54,222 nt of DNA from Candidatus Bathyarchaeota archaeon (GCA_963827165.1 CAWGZR010000001.1:1-54222); one strand, 5' to 3'. Counted from the first letter of the stretch, positions 40,673 to 49,338 are shown. Numbers and translations are program-made. The notes: generated by a model not told the origin, from the sequence alone.

Positions 40673-40996
40673 TTAGACCCGAACGGGCAGCACCTCACGA
40701 ATCTCCACTGAACCCTCATTCTCGAAAATCGGACATGCTTTAAGCTTTGAAGCAGCACTGTCTTAGTTGTCAGCCTCTATCACTATGTATCCTCCGAGTA
40801 ACGAGTCACTAAACTCGACACTCGACACGTTTGCGCCGTTTTTGCCTAAGATTATCCTGCCTTCCGGCTTAGGCCTGTTTCCAAGCCGCAAGTCTTTTGA
40901 GACATACTTGGCCCAATTTGCAAAGCGTTTTATATAATCATCAGTTAATTTCTCTTTGGGAAATCCACCGCGGAATAAAACGACATAAGTGTTCAT
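40673..40996 (-). pseudogene. YCII-family protein with in-frame stop at 40763-40765, possibly a sequencing error
   Basis: GGYIVIEADN*DSAASKLKACPIFENEGSVEIRE continues in frame to the stop at 40673. Confidence 0.75.
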
Positions 40997-41054
40997 TGAA
41001 AACCAGCATCCAAAGCTTATTTATTATTGTGCAAATAAATAGATATTGATAAAG

Positions 41055-41468
41055 ATGCCACAAAATAAGGCGGTTAATGATGCGTCTCGACTGATAGATG
41101 CGAGAATCAAGGAGTTAGCCGATTGGCGTGGAGAGATGCTTTCGCACCTCCGTGCGTTGATTAAGCAAGCCGACCCTGAGGTCGTGGAGGAAGTTAAGTG
41201 GGTAAAGCCGTCCAATCCGCTTGGTGTTGCGGTTTGGTCTCATAACGGTTTGATCTGTACCGGCGAGGTCTATAAGAATGCTGTAAAGATGACATTCCCA
41301 AGCGGTGCCTCGTTGGATGACCCTTCAGTTCTCTTCAATTCCTGTCTTGAGGGTAGCGCTAGGCGTGCCATCGACTTCCACGAAGGTGACAAGGTTAACG
41401 AGGAAGCTATGAAAACGCTTATTCGCGCCGCCGTGGCCCTAAACACGTCTTCGGCGACAGCTAAGTAA
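41055..41468 (+). CDS. DUF1801 (YdhG-like) protein
   Basis: IDARIKELADWRG...ADPEVVEEVKW...FNSCLEG..RRAIDF. Confidence 0.88.
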   Translation: MPQNKAVNDASRLIDARIKELADWRGEMLSHLRALIKQADPEVVEEVKWVKPSNPLGVAVWSHNGLICTGEVYKNAVKMTFPSGASLDDPSVLFNSCLEGSARRAIDFHEGDKVNEEAMKTLIRAAVALNTSSATAK

Positions 41469-41706
41469 GGAATTCTACCTCGGTTACTTCGTCGTTGTGT
41501 TCTCTTGAATTCCAGCAGGGGGCAGGATTCCAAGAAGAACTAAAGCGGCGCCCAAGACCTCAAGCAGCATTCAAGCAACATAATTCTTAATGGAAGATAT
41601 ACAAAAGTTAAATTCCTGTTTTACCTAATTGGATATCCGGCAGATATTTTCAGAGAATCAATTAACAAAATACTTCTCCGTAAAAACCCCATTATTTTTG
41701 CTCATA

Positions 41707-41733
41707 ATGGTGCCGGGGGGGGGGACTTGAACG
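41707..41733 (-). repeat. tRNA 3'-end remnant J7
   Basis: Reverse strand reads GTTCAAGT, a C run, then GGCACCA (T loop to CCA). Confidence 0.7.
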
Positions 41734-41852
41734 CTCACTCTAATGGAGACTTCGCCCGCTTCTCTTTTTTTTAACCATTATTTGTCCATTCGTCTTTTTG
41801 GATGAGAGTTATATTGAAGTTGAGACACTGAATTTAAGGCAGATGAGTTCAA

Positions 41853-42542
41853 TTGGGCAAGACCCGCCTTAGCGTAACCAAACAAGCGGTCATAGGTTTA
41901 GCGGCGCTTACAATTGTGTTGTGGGTGATCTTGTTTGTACCTGCTGGGACGCTTAATTATTGGCAAGCATGGATTTTTTGGCTCATTTTTGTCTTCTGCA
42001 TTTTGATAGTTAGCGCCTATTTCCTACAAAAAGACCTTACGCTTATCGCGGGTCGGCTAAAAGTTGGGGCTACGGCGGAACAAGACCGCATCCAACGATT
42101 AACACAAGTTGTCATCAGCGTTTTTTTCATTTTGCTGCTATTGGTTCCTTCTATTGACCATCGTTTTCAATGGTCCATCGTACCCTCAACTTTGAGTTTA
42201 GTAGCTGATGCTTTCGTTGGGTTTGGGCTTCTCATTATTTTTTTGGTCTTCAAAGAGAACACATACACCTCAGTTCTTGTCGAAGTCAAAGAAGGACAAA
42301 AAGTCATATCCACAGGTCCGTACAGCAAAGTACGGCATCCCATGTATTCGGGAGCCCTATTAATGCTGCTCTTCATACCTCTTGCCTTGGGTTCGTATTG
42401 GGGATTGCTTGCGTTTCCGCCAATATTGGCAGCAATCGCAGTGCGGAGTATAGCAGAAGAAAGGTTTTTGGCGAAAGATTTACAGGGTTACAATGAATAC
42501 CGCGAAAAGGTTCGTTACCGCTTAGTTCCGTATGTTTGGTAA
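41853..42542 (+). CDS. Isoprenylcysteine carboxyl methyltransferase family membrane protein
   Basis: KVISTGPYSKVRHPMYSG, EERFL..L.GYNEYREKVRYRLVPYVW. Confidence 0.9.
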   Translation: MGKTRLSVTKQAVIGLAALTIVLWVILFVPAGTLNYWQAWIFWLIFVFCILIVSAYFLQKDLTLIAGRLKVGATAEQDRIQRLTQVVISVFFILLLLVPSIDHRFQWSIVPSTLSLVADAFVGFGLLIIFLVFKENTYTSVLVEVKEGQKVISTGPYSKVRHPMYSGALLMLLFIPLALGSYWGLLAFPPILAAIAVRSIAEERFLAKDLQGYNEYREKVRYRLVPYVW

Positions 42543-42645
42543 GGTAAATATTAGGGTTTCATCCACCCACAAAGAAAGTCGTCTTTTATTGCCCAAAGTT
42601 ATCTTAAAACTATCAAAACGTCAAGAATTAAGTTAAACTCAAATC

Positions 42646-42700
42646 CTCTGGCAATTCAGGTAGGGGAATGCTTTGAACCCACGTTTAGACTTCACGCAAA
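42646..42700 (-). repeat. Degenerate junction J6
   Basis: TTTGAACCCACGTTTAGACTTCACGCAA matches J1 TTTAAACCCACGTTTAAATTGCACGCAA. Confidence 0.65.
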
Positions 42701-42744
42701 AACATTTCTTGCATGGCGTTGTTAAAGCATTTACCTCTCGCAAG

Positions 42745-43108
42745 CTATACCAAACACACGTCTTTTAATGCCTTAAGATCGTTATCGCTCGTGTAGAATT
42801 TGGCCTTCCAATGGCGAGCAGTGGCATAAACAAGAGCGTCTGCAAAGTGTAGGTTATGTTCAAGGCTGTAGTCTGCTGCCTCAAGGGAGATTGATTGGTC
42901 GACTGGCGCAATCGTCGTCTGGCTGAGAGCGGCAACTGCCAGTAAAGCTTCTTCTTCACCCTTTACTTTCTTAATTTTTTTGTAGATTTCGTAGAGTACG
43001 ACAACTGAAGTGACTATCTCTTTAGGCTGCGTTGATTCAATTATCTGTTTGTATTGTCGCGCCTTTGGTAAGCTGTTCAATCCATCCAAAACTGTCTATG
43101 CTAATCAA
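42745..43108 (-). pseudogene. vapC: PIN (VapC) toxin frameshifted near its N-terminus
   Basis: TTG 43108 gives MISIDSFGWIEQLT (catalytic Asp), but the remainder (PKARQYK...HFADALVYA...YTSD) is in another frame. Confidence 0.8.
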
Positions 43109-43313
43109 TTCTGTCAGACTCGTCTCGCAAGCCTTTTGTATCAAGTCCGGGGATAAATCCTTCTGTTTCTTTTATGGGACGAACAGGTATGTACTGGATA
43201 ATTCCATGTTTAGTGATGGCAACCATCTTGTCTCCTGGTTTGATTCCCGATTGCTTGCGTAGTTTCTCGGGGATAACCACCTGATATTTCTTCGATACAA
43301 TAACTGTTTCCAT
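43101..43313 (-). CDS. AbrB/MazE-family antitoxin
   Basis: VSKKYQVVIPEKLRKQSGIKPGD. Confidence 0.9.
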   Translation of the reverse strand: METVIVSKKYQVVIPEKLRKQSGIKPGDKMVAITKHGIIQYIPVRPIKETEGFIPGLDTKGLRDESDRID

Positions 43314-43442
43314 CGATCATCAACTGGTAATACGAATACTAAATCGATGATAAAAAAACATTGTTGCACTCGCGTATGCGAACCTCGGCGCAAATTATGT
43401 TTAATTGCGCTAATTTGTTCAGAAAAACTGAAAGTACTTTGA

Positions 43443-43481
43443 TTGGTAAATTGGCGTCGGGAAGGACACTAGCACCAATTT
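43443..43481 (-). repeat. tRNA-Ser att-like junction J5
   Basis: TTGGTAAATTGGCGTCGGGAAGGACACTAGCACCAATTT. Confidence 0.8.
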
Positions 43482-43614
43482 GTTGTGAAAATCGTTGGAG
43501 TAGTCCAATAAATTTTCATGCCACTTCTATTGACGCTAGCGTCGTAAACTTTACCAGTAAAAAACTCAGCTGGTTTAACTCGCTTTTCAAGGTTAAAGAT
43601 TGCTTTGAAATAAG

Positions 43615-43875
43615 TTACTTGTACACATTGTCATGGTGCTCGTACCTCCTAATCGTGACTACTTTTCTTTCCTCATCTATGTCGTAGACAAGAACGAAGG
43701 ACCCAACATGTACACGGCGCATGTGCTGCATGGGACTCTTCAACGGCTTGAATTGTTGAGGATTTTCCAAAATCTTATCCACCTTCTTTGAGACTGCTTC
43801 AAACTGCATTGAATCTTTCTTTCGCAGCTTCTTGAATGTTCTATCTACTTTTTCAACCACTTCTAAAGAATACAA
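43615..43875 (-). CDS. relE: RelE/ParE/YafQ-family mRNA interferase toxin
   Basis: ILENPQQFKPL...RRVHVGSFVLVY...YEHHDNVY. Confidence 0.85.
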   Translation of the reverse strand: MYSLEVVEKVDRTFKKLRKKDSMQFEAVSKKVDKILENPQQFKPLKSPMQHMRRVHVGSFVLVYDIDEERKVVTIRRYEHHDNVYK

Positions 43876-43879
43876 ATAA

Positions 43880-44110
43880 TCACTTGGAGTATCTCTGGGT
43901 GAAGTTGTTGACTTTTACAGTTTTTTCACTTTGAGAATGTTTTAGGCTTTCTATGAACTCTGGTCTTAACTCGGGCTCCATAACGCACTCTTCAAACTGT
44001 TTTGCCATCAAGTTTATGGCTTGGCTCTTGTCTCTGAGCCCGTATTTGGCTTTGAGTATGTTTAGTATCCGGTTGGTCCTGTCGTCTATGGTCACTATGG
44101 CTTTTACCGT
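43880..44110 (-). CDS. Antitoxin (DUF2683-like); probable start position carries ACG
   Basis: (T)VKAIVTIDDRTNRILNILKAKYGLRDKSQAI...EPELRPEF; GGTGAT RBS precedes ACG at 44110; GTG at 44095 is the alternative. Confidence 0.75.
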   Translation of the reverse strand, partial: TVKAIVTIDDRTNRILNILKAKYGLRDKSQAINLMAKQFEECVMEPELRPEFIESLKHSQSEKTVKVNNFTQRYSK

Positions 44111-44219
44111 ATTATCACCACATTAATGCAATGTTAATCTGAAATATATAAAGTACTCCATAATATTTTCGAATTTTATTCGGGTTACCCAATCTGAAAT
44201 GATATGCGAATAGTCTGCT

Positions 44220-44312
44220 GTTGAGCTTATTTAGTAAATATAAGCCTAAAATAGATTCTAAATCGGCAAACGGCGTCGGGGGTTGATCCCAGCATCAATT
44301 TACCAGAAAAAA
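44220..44312 (-). repeat. tRNA-Ser att-like junction J4 with arm
   Basis: GTTGAGCTTATTTAGTAAATATAAGCC...GGCAAACGGCGTCGGGGGTTGATCCCAGCATCAATTTACCAGAAAAAA. Confidence 0.8.
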
Positions 44313-44343
44313 CTTGCGGACTATAGTAACAGGACAACTCAAG

Positions 44344-44787
44344 TTAGGGCTCAATGAAGGGATTTTGCGCCTTAATGAATCCATATTTATTGAAGTCTCT
44401 CACATTTTCGGTGTAAATGACGTCTATCTTGTTTGCTTTGGCAGAAACGGCTAAGATGCAATCAAAGACCTTGGAACCTGATAACCTCTTGCTCTTAACG
44501 AGGCTGAAAACTTCCCTAGGTACCGACTCGGAGGCAGCGATTTTCCCGAGTTCATCACATTCCCATAGATCGATGCATAACTCAGCGGCTATGTCAGGAG
44601 ACAAGGGCGATTCGACTCTCTTAGCGTTGGTGATGACAGCAAAAAACTCAAAAAGCACTTGCTGAGAAATACATGCTTCTATCTCCCCTGCCATCGCTCT
44701 TTCTATTATGCTGCTGGCAACCTTCTGGTTAGGAGATGCCTTGTTGTAAGCATGTACAAGGATGTTCGTATCAAGTAGTATCCTCAT
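44344..44787 (-). CDS. vapC: PIN-domain (VapC) toxin
   Basis: ILLDTNILVHA, QVLFEF, VFDCILA, IYTENVRDF. Confidence 0.92.
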   Translation of the reverse strand: MRILLDTNILVHAYNKASPNQKVASSIIERAMAGEIEACISQQVLFEFFAVITNAKRVESPLSPDIAAELCIDLWECDELGKIAASESVPREVFSLVKSKRLSGSKVFDCILAVSAKANKIDVIYTENVRDFNKYGFIKAQNPFIEP

Positions 44788-45013
44788 AAATCTCTTCCCT
44801 AGAAAGGCGCCCTTTTATCCGGCCAAGGTTAGGCGGGTTTTCGAGCATTTCACGAGCTAGCTTTGCCTTACGGCATCCTCGGACTACACTGAGTTTGGCA
44901 ACCCCCTTTTTTACAACTTCAATGCGTAATACGTCGCCATCTACTAGACCAAGTTTTTCCCTGACGCCTTTGGGCAAGTAGACTTTGTCCTCGTAGAAAG
45001 TAGTTTCAGCCAT
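44771..45013 (-). CDS. AbrB/MazE-family antitoxin
   Basis: KVYLPKGVREKLGLVDGD...LSREEIYED; overlaps the PIN start. Confidence 0.85.
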   Translation of the reverse strand: MAETTFYEDKVYLPKGVREKLGLVDGDVLRIEVVKKGVAKLSVVRGCRKAKLAREMLENPPNLGRIKGRLSREEIYEDTT

Positions 45014-45136
45014 ATCAACACTGGTTACCCAGTGAATTGGGCAAAATATAAACTTTGCCAGCACCATGCTTTCCATGCTGATTTGCCTTCTGAGGCTTAA
45101 AAGCTACCTGAAAATTTGAATGAACTTTGAATATGT

Positions 45137-45216
45137 CTATTTAGTCAAAATAAGCTCATGACTATCCGATTTTGTAAAATGGCGCCGGGAGGGGGATCCA
45201 GCACCAATTTACTCGT
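45137..45216 (-). repeat. tRNA-Ser att-like junction J3 with arm
   Basis: CTATTTAGTCAAAATAAGC...GTAAAATGGCGCCGGGAGGGGGATCCAGCACCAATTTAC; 18 nt identical to the tRNA-Ser 3' end including CCA. Confidence 0.9.
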
Positions 45217-45345
45217 AAATACTGGCAACGGTTGCCCGTCTCCAAATCAAGTGAGCAAAACCTCTTTTCTTCCTATCTCGGCATGAAGAGACATTCATAT
45301 TTCTTAGGCCGTGGGCGAGCCAAACTCAAAATGCCCTAGAAATTC

Positions 45346-45744
45346 CTAAATCCAGTTTCTTTTCGTTTCTTTTATTGAATCAAAATGGGGGTCGTCTGAT
45401 AAGATGATTGCCTGGTTGGCTATGGCTGTTGCGGCAATTATGCAGTCGCCCATTGGTACATTTCGATATTTGCTTCTTAGAAGACCAGCTTGTTTGGCTA
45501 TTGGTGCGCTTAAGCTTTGGATTTTCAATCCGCTTTGGGTTAAGTTTGCATAGCAGATTTCTGCCTCTTCTTTTCCGATTTGTCCGCAGACTGTTTGAAT
45601 CGTTTCGCTGATAACGATTGTGGGCAGTATGCCTTCTTTACGCTGGATTATTTCTTTTAGCCTTTTTGTGGCGTTTTGCTTGGTTTCAGGGATATCCGAA
45701 TAGAAATACTCCATGACGAATCTGCTGTCAAGGACCGTTCGCAA
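45346..45744 (-). CDS. vapC: PIN-domain (VapC) toxin
   Basis: TVLDSRF, ISE, PMGDCIIAATA, ILSDDPHF. Confidence 0.92.
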   Translation of the reverse strand: MRTVLDSRFVMEYFYSDIPETKQNATKRLKEIIQRKEGILPTIVISETIQTVCGQIGKEEAEICYANLTQSGLKIQSLSAPIAKQAGLLRSKYRNVPMGDCIIAATAIANQAIILSDDPHFDSIKETKRNWI

Positions 45745-45747
45745 GCT

Positions 45748-45978
45748 TTAATATTCCTCTCTGAGCTTATCTATCTGCCTTTTCATTTCTTCTGGTTTTG
45801 CGTATTTCGAGTAAATACCTGCGCAGTCTTCCAGTTTTCTGATTGGCGTAAAAATTACTTGACCATGCTCGGTTGTTTCGACCAAAAGTTTGTCGCCTTC
45901 CTTTATTACGAGTTTTTGCCTGACTTCTATTGGTATGGTTGTTTGTCCTTTTCGGGTAACCTTTACAACGGTTGTCAT
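45748..45978 (-). CDS. AbrB/MazE-family antitoxin
   Basis: VKVTRKGQTTIPIEVRQKLVIKEGD. Confidence 0.9.
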   Translation of the reverse strand: MTTVVKVTRKGQTTIPIEVRQKLVIKEGDKLLVETTEHGQVIFTPIRKLEDCAGIYSKYAKPEEMKRQIDKLREEY

Positions 45979-46145
45979 TTGTAATCTCAACGAAAGAAGG
46001 CAATAGTACTTTAAAACTATTGTCCTACTTCAAATGCAAAGTACTGCTAAATTTTGTGAAGTGAGAAATTATTATTAAGCGCGCTGAAGAAAAACGCCAA
46101 TAAGCCAACAATTCACCTTATTTGGAATGAAAATGCCAAATTCAG

Positions 46146-46200
46146 CTCTATCAGTAATTTGGCGCCGGGAGTGGATCCAAGCACCATTTTACCAGTAAAA
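46146..46200 (-). repeat. tRNA-Ser att-like junction J2
   Basis: CTCTATCAGTAATTTGGCGCCGGGAGTGGATCCAAGCACCATTTTACCAGTAAAA. Confidence 0.85.
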
Positions 46201-46244
46201 ACATTTTTGACGTCACCACTAATATGCAATCAACTATCAACACA

Positions 46245-46269
46245 GGTTCAAGTCCCAGCGGTCCCACCC
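46245..46269 (+). repeat. 3'-end remnant of a different tRNA, in opposite orientation
   Basis: GGTTCAAGTCCCAGCGGTCCCACC: T loop, T stem and acceptor-like strand. Confidence 0.6.
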
Positions 46270-46337
46270 CAAGCTTGCTTTGAAAAGAACTGCAATAGAG
46301 CGCTCATTCTGTCATAGATTATTTCAAAAAGCTTATC

Positions 46338-46353
46338 TGTGTACGTGTACACA
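46338..46353. promoter_or_regulatory. Palindromic operator upstream of vapB
   Basis: TGTGTAC-GT-GTACACA, 10 bp before ATG 46364. Confidence 0.5.
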
Positions 46354-46363
46354 TACATGAAAC

Positions 46364-46600
46364 ATGGGCACAAAGACCATATCAATAAAAGATGAGGCGT
46401 ACGAAGCTTTACTCCGTGAGAAGGCAGACAAAGAGAGCTTCACAGAAACTATCTTGCGCATAACCAAAAAGTCTGGCAAAATAGCAGATTGCTTTGGAAC
46501 CTGGAATATGACTGACGAAGAGGAAGAAGCCATTCGAATCGAACTTTCCAAGGGCTGGCACACAATTCAGGAGAGAATCTCAAATGAAATGTCTAGATAG
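46364..46600 (+). CDS. vapB: VapB antitoxin (DUF217/UPF0330 type)
   Basis: MGTKTISIKDEAYEAL...KESFTETILR. Confidence 0.88.
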   Translation: MGTKTISIKDEAYEALLREKADKESFTETILRITKKSGKIADCFGTWNMTDEEEEAIRIELSKGWHTIQERISNEMSR

Positions 46601-46976
46601 TGACTTGCTCGTCGCCATCTTGCGCGGCAAGGAAGACGCGCGAACAATAGTTGATGCGTTAGATGAAGACTCTAGAGGAGCAACAACATCTGTTAATGCC
46701 TTCGAAGTTTATTTTGGCGCAAACAAATCGGCGAAGAAGGATGGAAACGTAAAGGAAGCCTCCAAACTGCTCGAAAGGCTAACAGTTTTTCCATTAGACC
46801 TAAGTTCTTCGCGAAAGGCGGCTGAAATATCCGCGAAACTGATGGGGAAAGGCGAAACAATAGACTTCAGGGACGCCATGATCGCAGCAATTTCTGTGGA
46901 AAACGGCTTGACGCTGGTTACACGTAATATTTCCCACTTTAAGAGAATAAAAGACTTGAAGACCGAAAAATGGTGA
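46584..46976 (+). CDS. vapC: PIN-domain (VapC) toxin
   Basis: CLDSDLLV, FEVYFG, DAMIAA, LVTRNISHF. Confidence 0.92.
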   Translation: MKCLDSDLLVAILRGKEDARTIVDALDEDSRGATTSVNAFEVYFGANKSAKKDGNVKEASKLLERLTVFPLDLSSSRKAAEISAKLMGKGETIDFRDAMIAAISVENGLTLVTRNISHFKRIKDLKTEKW

Positions 46977-47090
46977 TGGTTTGCATGCAAAATTTTGGGG
47001 TCAAATCCACAGGTCCGCTATTTGATTATTCTTATCAGTAAAAGTTTTCGCCGTGATTTTAGAAATTTTGACAAATAAGCAATTATTGCG

Positions 47091-47174
47091 ACTATTTAGC
47101 TAAAATAACCCTAGAAAAATGCTTGAAAAAAGGCGCCGGGAGTAGGTTTAAACCCACGTTTAAATTGCACGCAA
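47091..47174 (-). repeat. tRNA-Ser att-like junction J1 with arm
   Basis: ACTATTTAGCTAAAATAACCCTAGAAAAATGCT...GGCGCCGGGAGTAGGTTTAAACCCAC vs tRNA flank TAGCTAAAATAACCTCAAAAATGCT...GGCGCCGGGAGGGGGATTTGAACCCCC. Confidence 0.9.
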
Positions 47175-47403
47175 GGTTCTGGGCATCAAGAGAAATACTA
47201 GGAGCGCGTGTGGCAACTACCTTAGATCCTTTGGTATACGGCAGGTTTTCATAATGAGCAGCGGAGTTGGCTAAAAAACAAAAGAGCGTGCTTACCCGGC
47301 TAATCCCGTAATGCCCACTCGTTTGTCCCATGCAAAGCTTGTCGAAAGCATAAAGAAAATTAATCAGGAGTCAGCTGGGGTCTGCTGGTTGGACATTCCG
47401 AAT

Positions 47404-49038
47404 CTACTGCTGGGAATGTAACTCTTTCACCCATGCTAAGAGCTCGTCGGAGAGTTCTTCCTTCGCGATGACTGCCTCAATCAGTGAGAATTCCTTGTTG
47501 CCATGAGCTTCTTCCAGCGACCTGTAAAGCGTGTCGCAGTTGTCGCAGTAGTAGCCTTTTCCTCCCCAGAGTTCGGCTATCCTCGCATAGGGCCAATTCA
47601 CAAGTTCATTAAACCGGGCAGTCGGGTAGAACAGCTGTTGCATTCCCCAACGGCTGTTGTTGAAGACTATGAAAATTGGGTTTATACCGTAGCGAGGGCA
47701 ATGGCAGATCTCTTGACCCGTCATCTGGAAGCCTCCATCGCCGAGCAGAACTAGCGGGCGCTTCCCAGTGGAGACGGCGTAACCAATGGCGGCTGGAGTT
47801 CCGAAGCCCATGGATGCATAGTACGGATCAGCAATGACCGAAGGCGCCTCGATCTTGGTCGTCACGAACAGGCAGTCTCCCGTATCAGAAACGATAGGCA
47901 TCTCACCGTACTTGTCGAAGAACCAGTTTATGGCGTCAACTATCTCCTTCACGGTGACCACTCTTTCCTTTTCGTATTTGCATGCCCTGTTAAGTATCAA
48001 TTCTAGCTTGGCTGGGAACTGGAGGTTTTTCCTCTGAAGGTTCCTGCCTAAGAGATCTTCAACTAAGGGTCTAAGTGGGACCTCGTCGTACTGGTGGTGT
48101 CCCATAACAACTTTCCTCGAAAGGCAGAGAATAAGGTTTTCTTTCTTCAACTTCTTCAAGCGTAGTCCGAGATTCATGTCAGCGAGAATCGTGCCAAGCA
48201 TGAGGAGGCAATCCGAGTTCTCGACGAGTTCCTGCGCAACGGGATTTCCCGCCGTGCCCAAATAGGTGCCAAAGTAGTAGGGCTCGTCTCTGGGCATGAC
48301 GTCTCGACCAAGGAAATCCGATACGATCGGCACTCCAAGCCTCTTAGCCAACGTCAGGGCAGACTCGTTCATTCTGAATCGATCGACCTCAACCCCGACA
48401 ATGATGAGCGGCGAGTTGGCTGCTGAGAATCTGCGCAGGATTTCGTCTGCCGCTTCTCTGATTGCGCCCTCGTCCGGCCTGAAAGCCTGCATCTCTTGCT
48501 CAGGGACAGTTATTTCCTTGTCGACCATATCGCGGGGGATTTCTATGTAGACCGGAAGCGAAAATTCCTGACAAGCTTTCATAGCATGAAGGATTCTTGC
48601 GCAGGCAGTTGTTGGGCTGTCCAGAACGACGGCTTCCTTCGTTAATTCCTTGAAGACATTAAGCTGCGAATCGAAGTCCTTGACCATGTGGTGCAAGAAG
48701 GCGTCCTTTATCTTCTCGCCTTCGCCTGGCCCACCGGAAATGACGATGAGCGGGGTTTTCTCCGCGTAGGCACAGGCTACCGAGTTCACCATGTTGAGTC
48801 CGCCTGCACCATACGTGATGCATGCTACAGCGGGTTTGCCTGTCGCTTTTGCTGCAGCGACTGCGGCGAAGCCGACGCCCGGTTCATGGGAGAACGTGTA
48901 CAGCTTCAAGTCGGAGTCGTCTTCAATGACTTTGAAGAATCTGATGACCATGTCTCCAGGGATGCCGAAGACAGATTTCGCGCCTGCGTCTTTCACCGCT
49001 TGAAGCAGGAACTCGCCTATTGTGAGTTTGCCTGTCAT
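47404..49038 (-). CDS. ipdC: ThDP-dependent indolepyruvate/phenylpyruvate decarboxylase
   Basis: VFGIPGD, SHEPGVGFAA, TYGAGGLN, LHH, SDTGDCLF, YYASMGFG, GDGGFQMTG...NN. Confidence 0.88.
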   Translation of the reverse strand: MTGKLTIGEFLLQAVKDAGAKSVFGIPGDMVIRFFKVIEDDSDLKLYTFSHEPGVGFAAVAAAKATGKPAVACITYGAGGLNMVNSVACAYAEKTPLIVISGGPGEGEKIKDAFLHHMVKDFDSQLNVFKELTKEAVVLDSPTTACARILHAMKACQEFSLPVYIEIPRDMVDKEITVPEQEMQAFRPDEGAIREAADEILRRFSAANSPLIIVGVEVDRFRMNESALTLAKRLGVPIVSDFLGRDVMPRDEPYYFGTYLGTAGNPVAQELVENSDCLLMLGTILADMNLGLRLKKLKKENLILCLSRKVVMGHHQYDEVPLRPLVEDLLGRNLQRKNLQFPAKLELILNRACKYEKERVVTVKEIVDAINWFFDKYGEMPIVSDTGDCLFVTTKIEAPSVIADPYYASMGFGTPAAIGYAVSTGKRPLVLLGDGGFQMTGQEICHCPRYGINPIFIVFNNSRWGMQQLFYPTARFNELVNWPYARIAELWGGKGYYCDNCDTLYRSLEEAHGNKEFSLIEAVIAKEELSDELLAWVKELHSQQ

Positions 49039-49338
49039 AAATGAGCCTAAAAGAATGAGGGATTGGAAAGCTAATAAACCTATGTAGAGACGGGTTGTGC
49101 ACAAGCAGGCGGCAAGAAGCCTAAGAACACTGGTCTCCGGCCAATATAGTAGGTTCCGCGGGAAGTTTTGTCACGCACTAACTCAGTTGGTCTGGATGTT
49201 TTGCGAAATTGACTGAAGCATTTAATCACAACGAAGGCTGCGTACATCGACAGAAAAACAAATCGAATCGGCAAACTAATATGAACGAAGTTGAGCTTTA
49301 TAGCTAAAATAACCTCAAAAATGCTCTATCTGGTAAAT

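Noticed and set aside
34401-49338. Classical integron (attC/IntI)
   Set aside because: No IntI; junctions lack consistent RYYYAAC/GTTRRRY boxes and derive from a tRNA end; cargo is in both orientations
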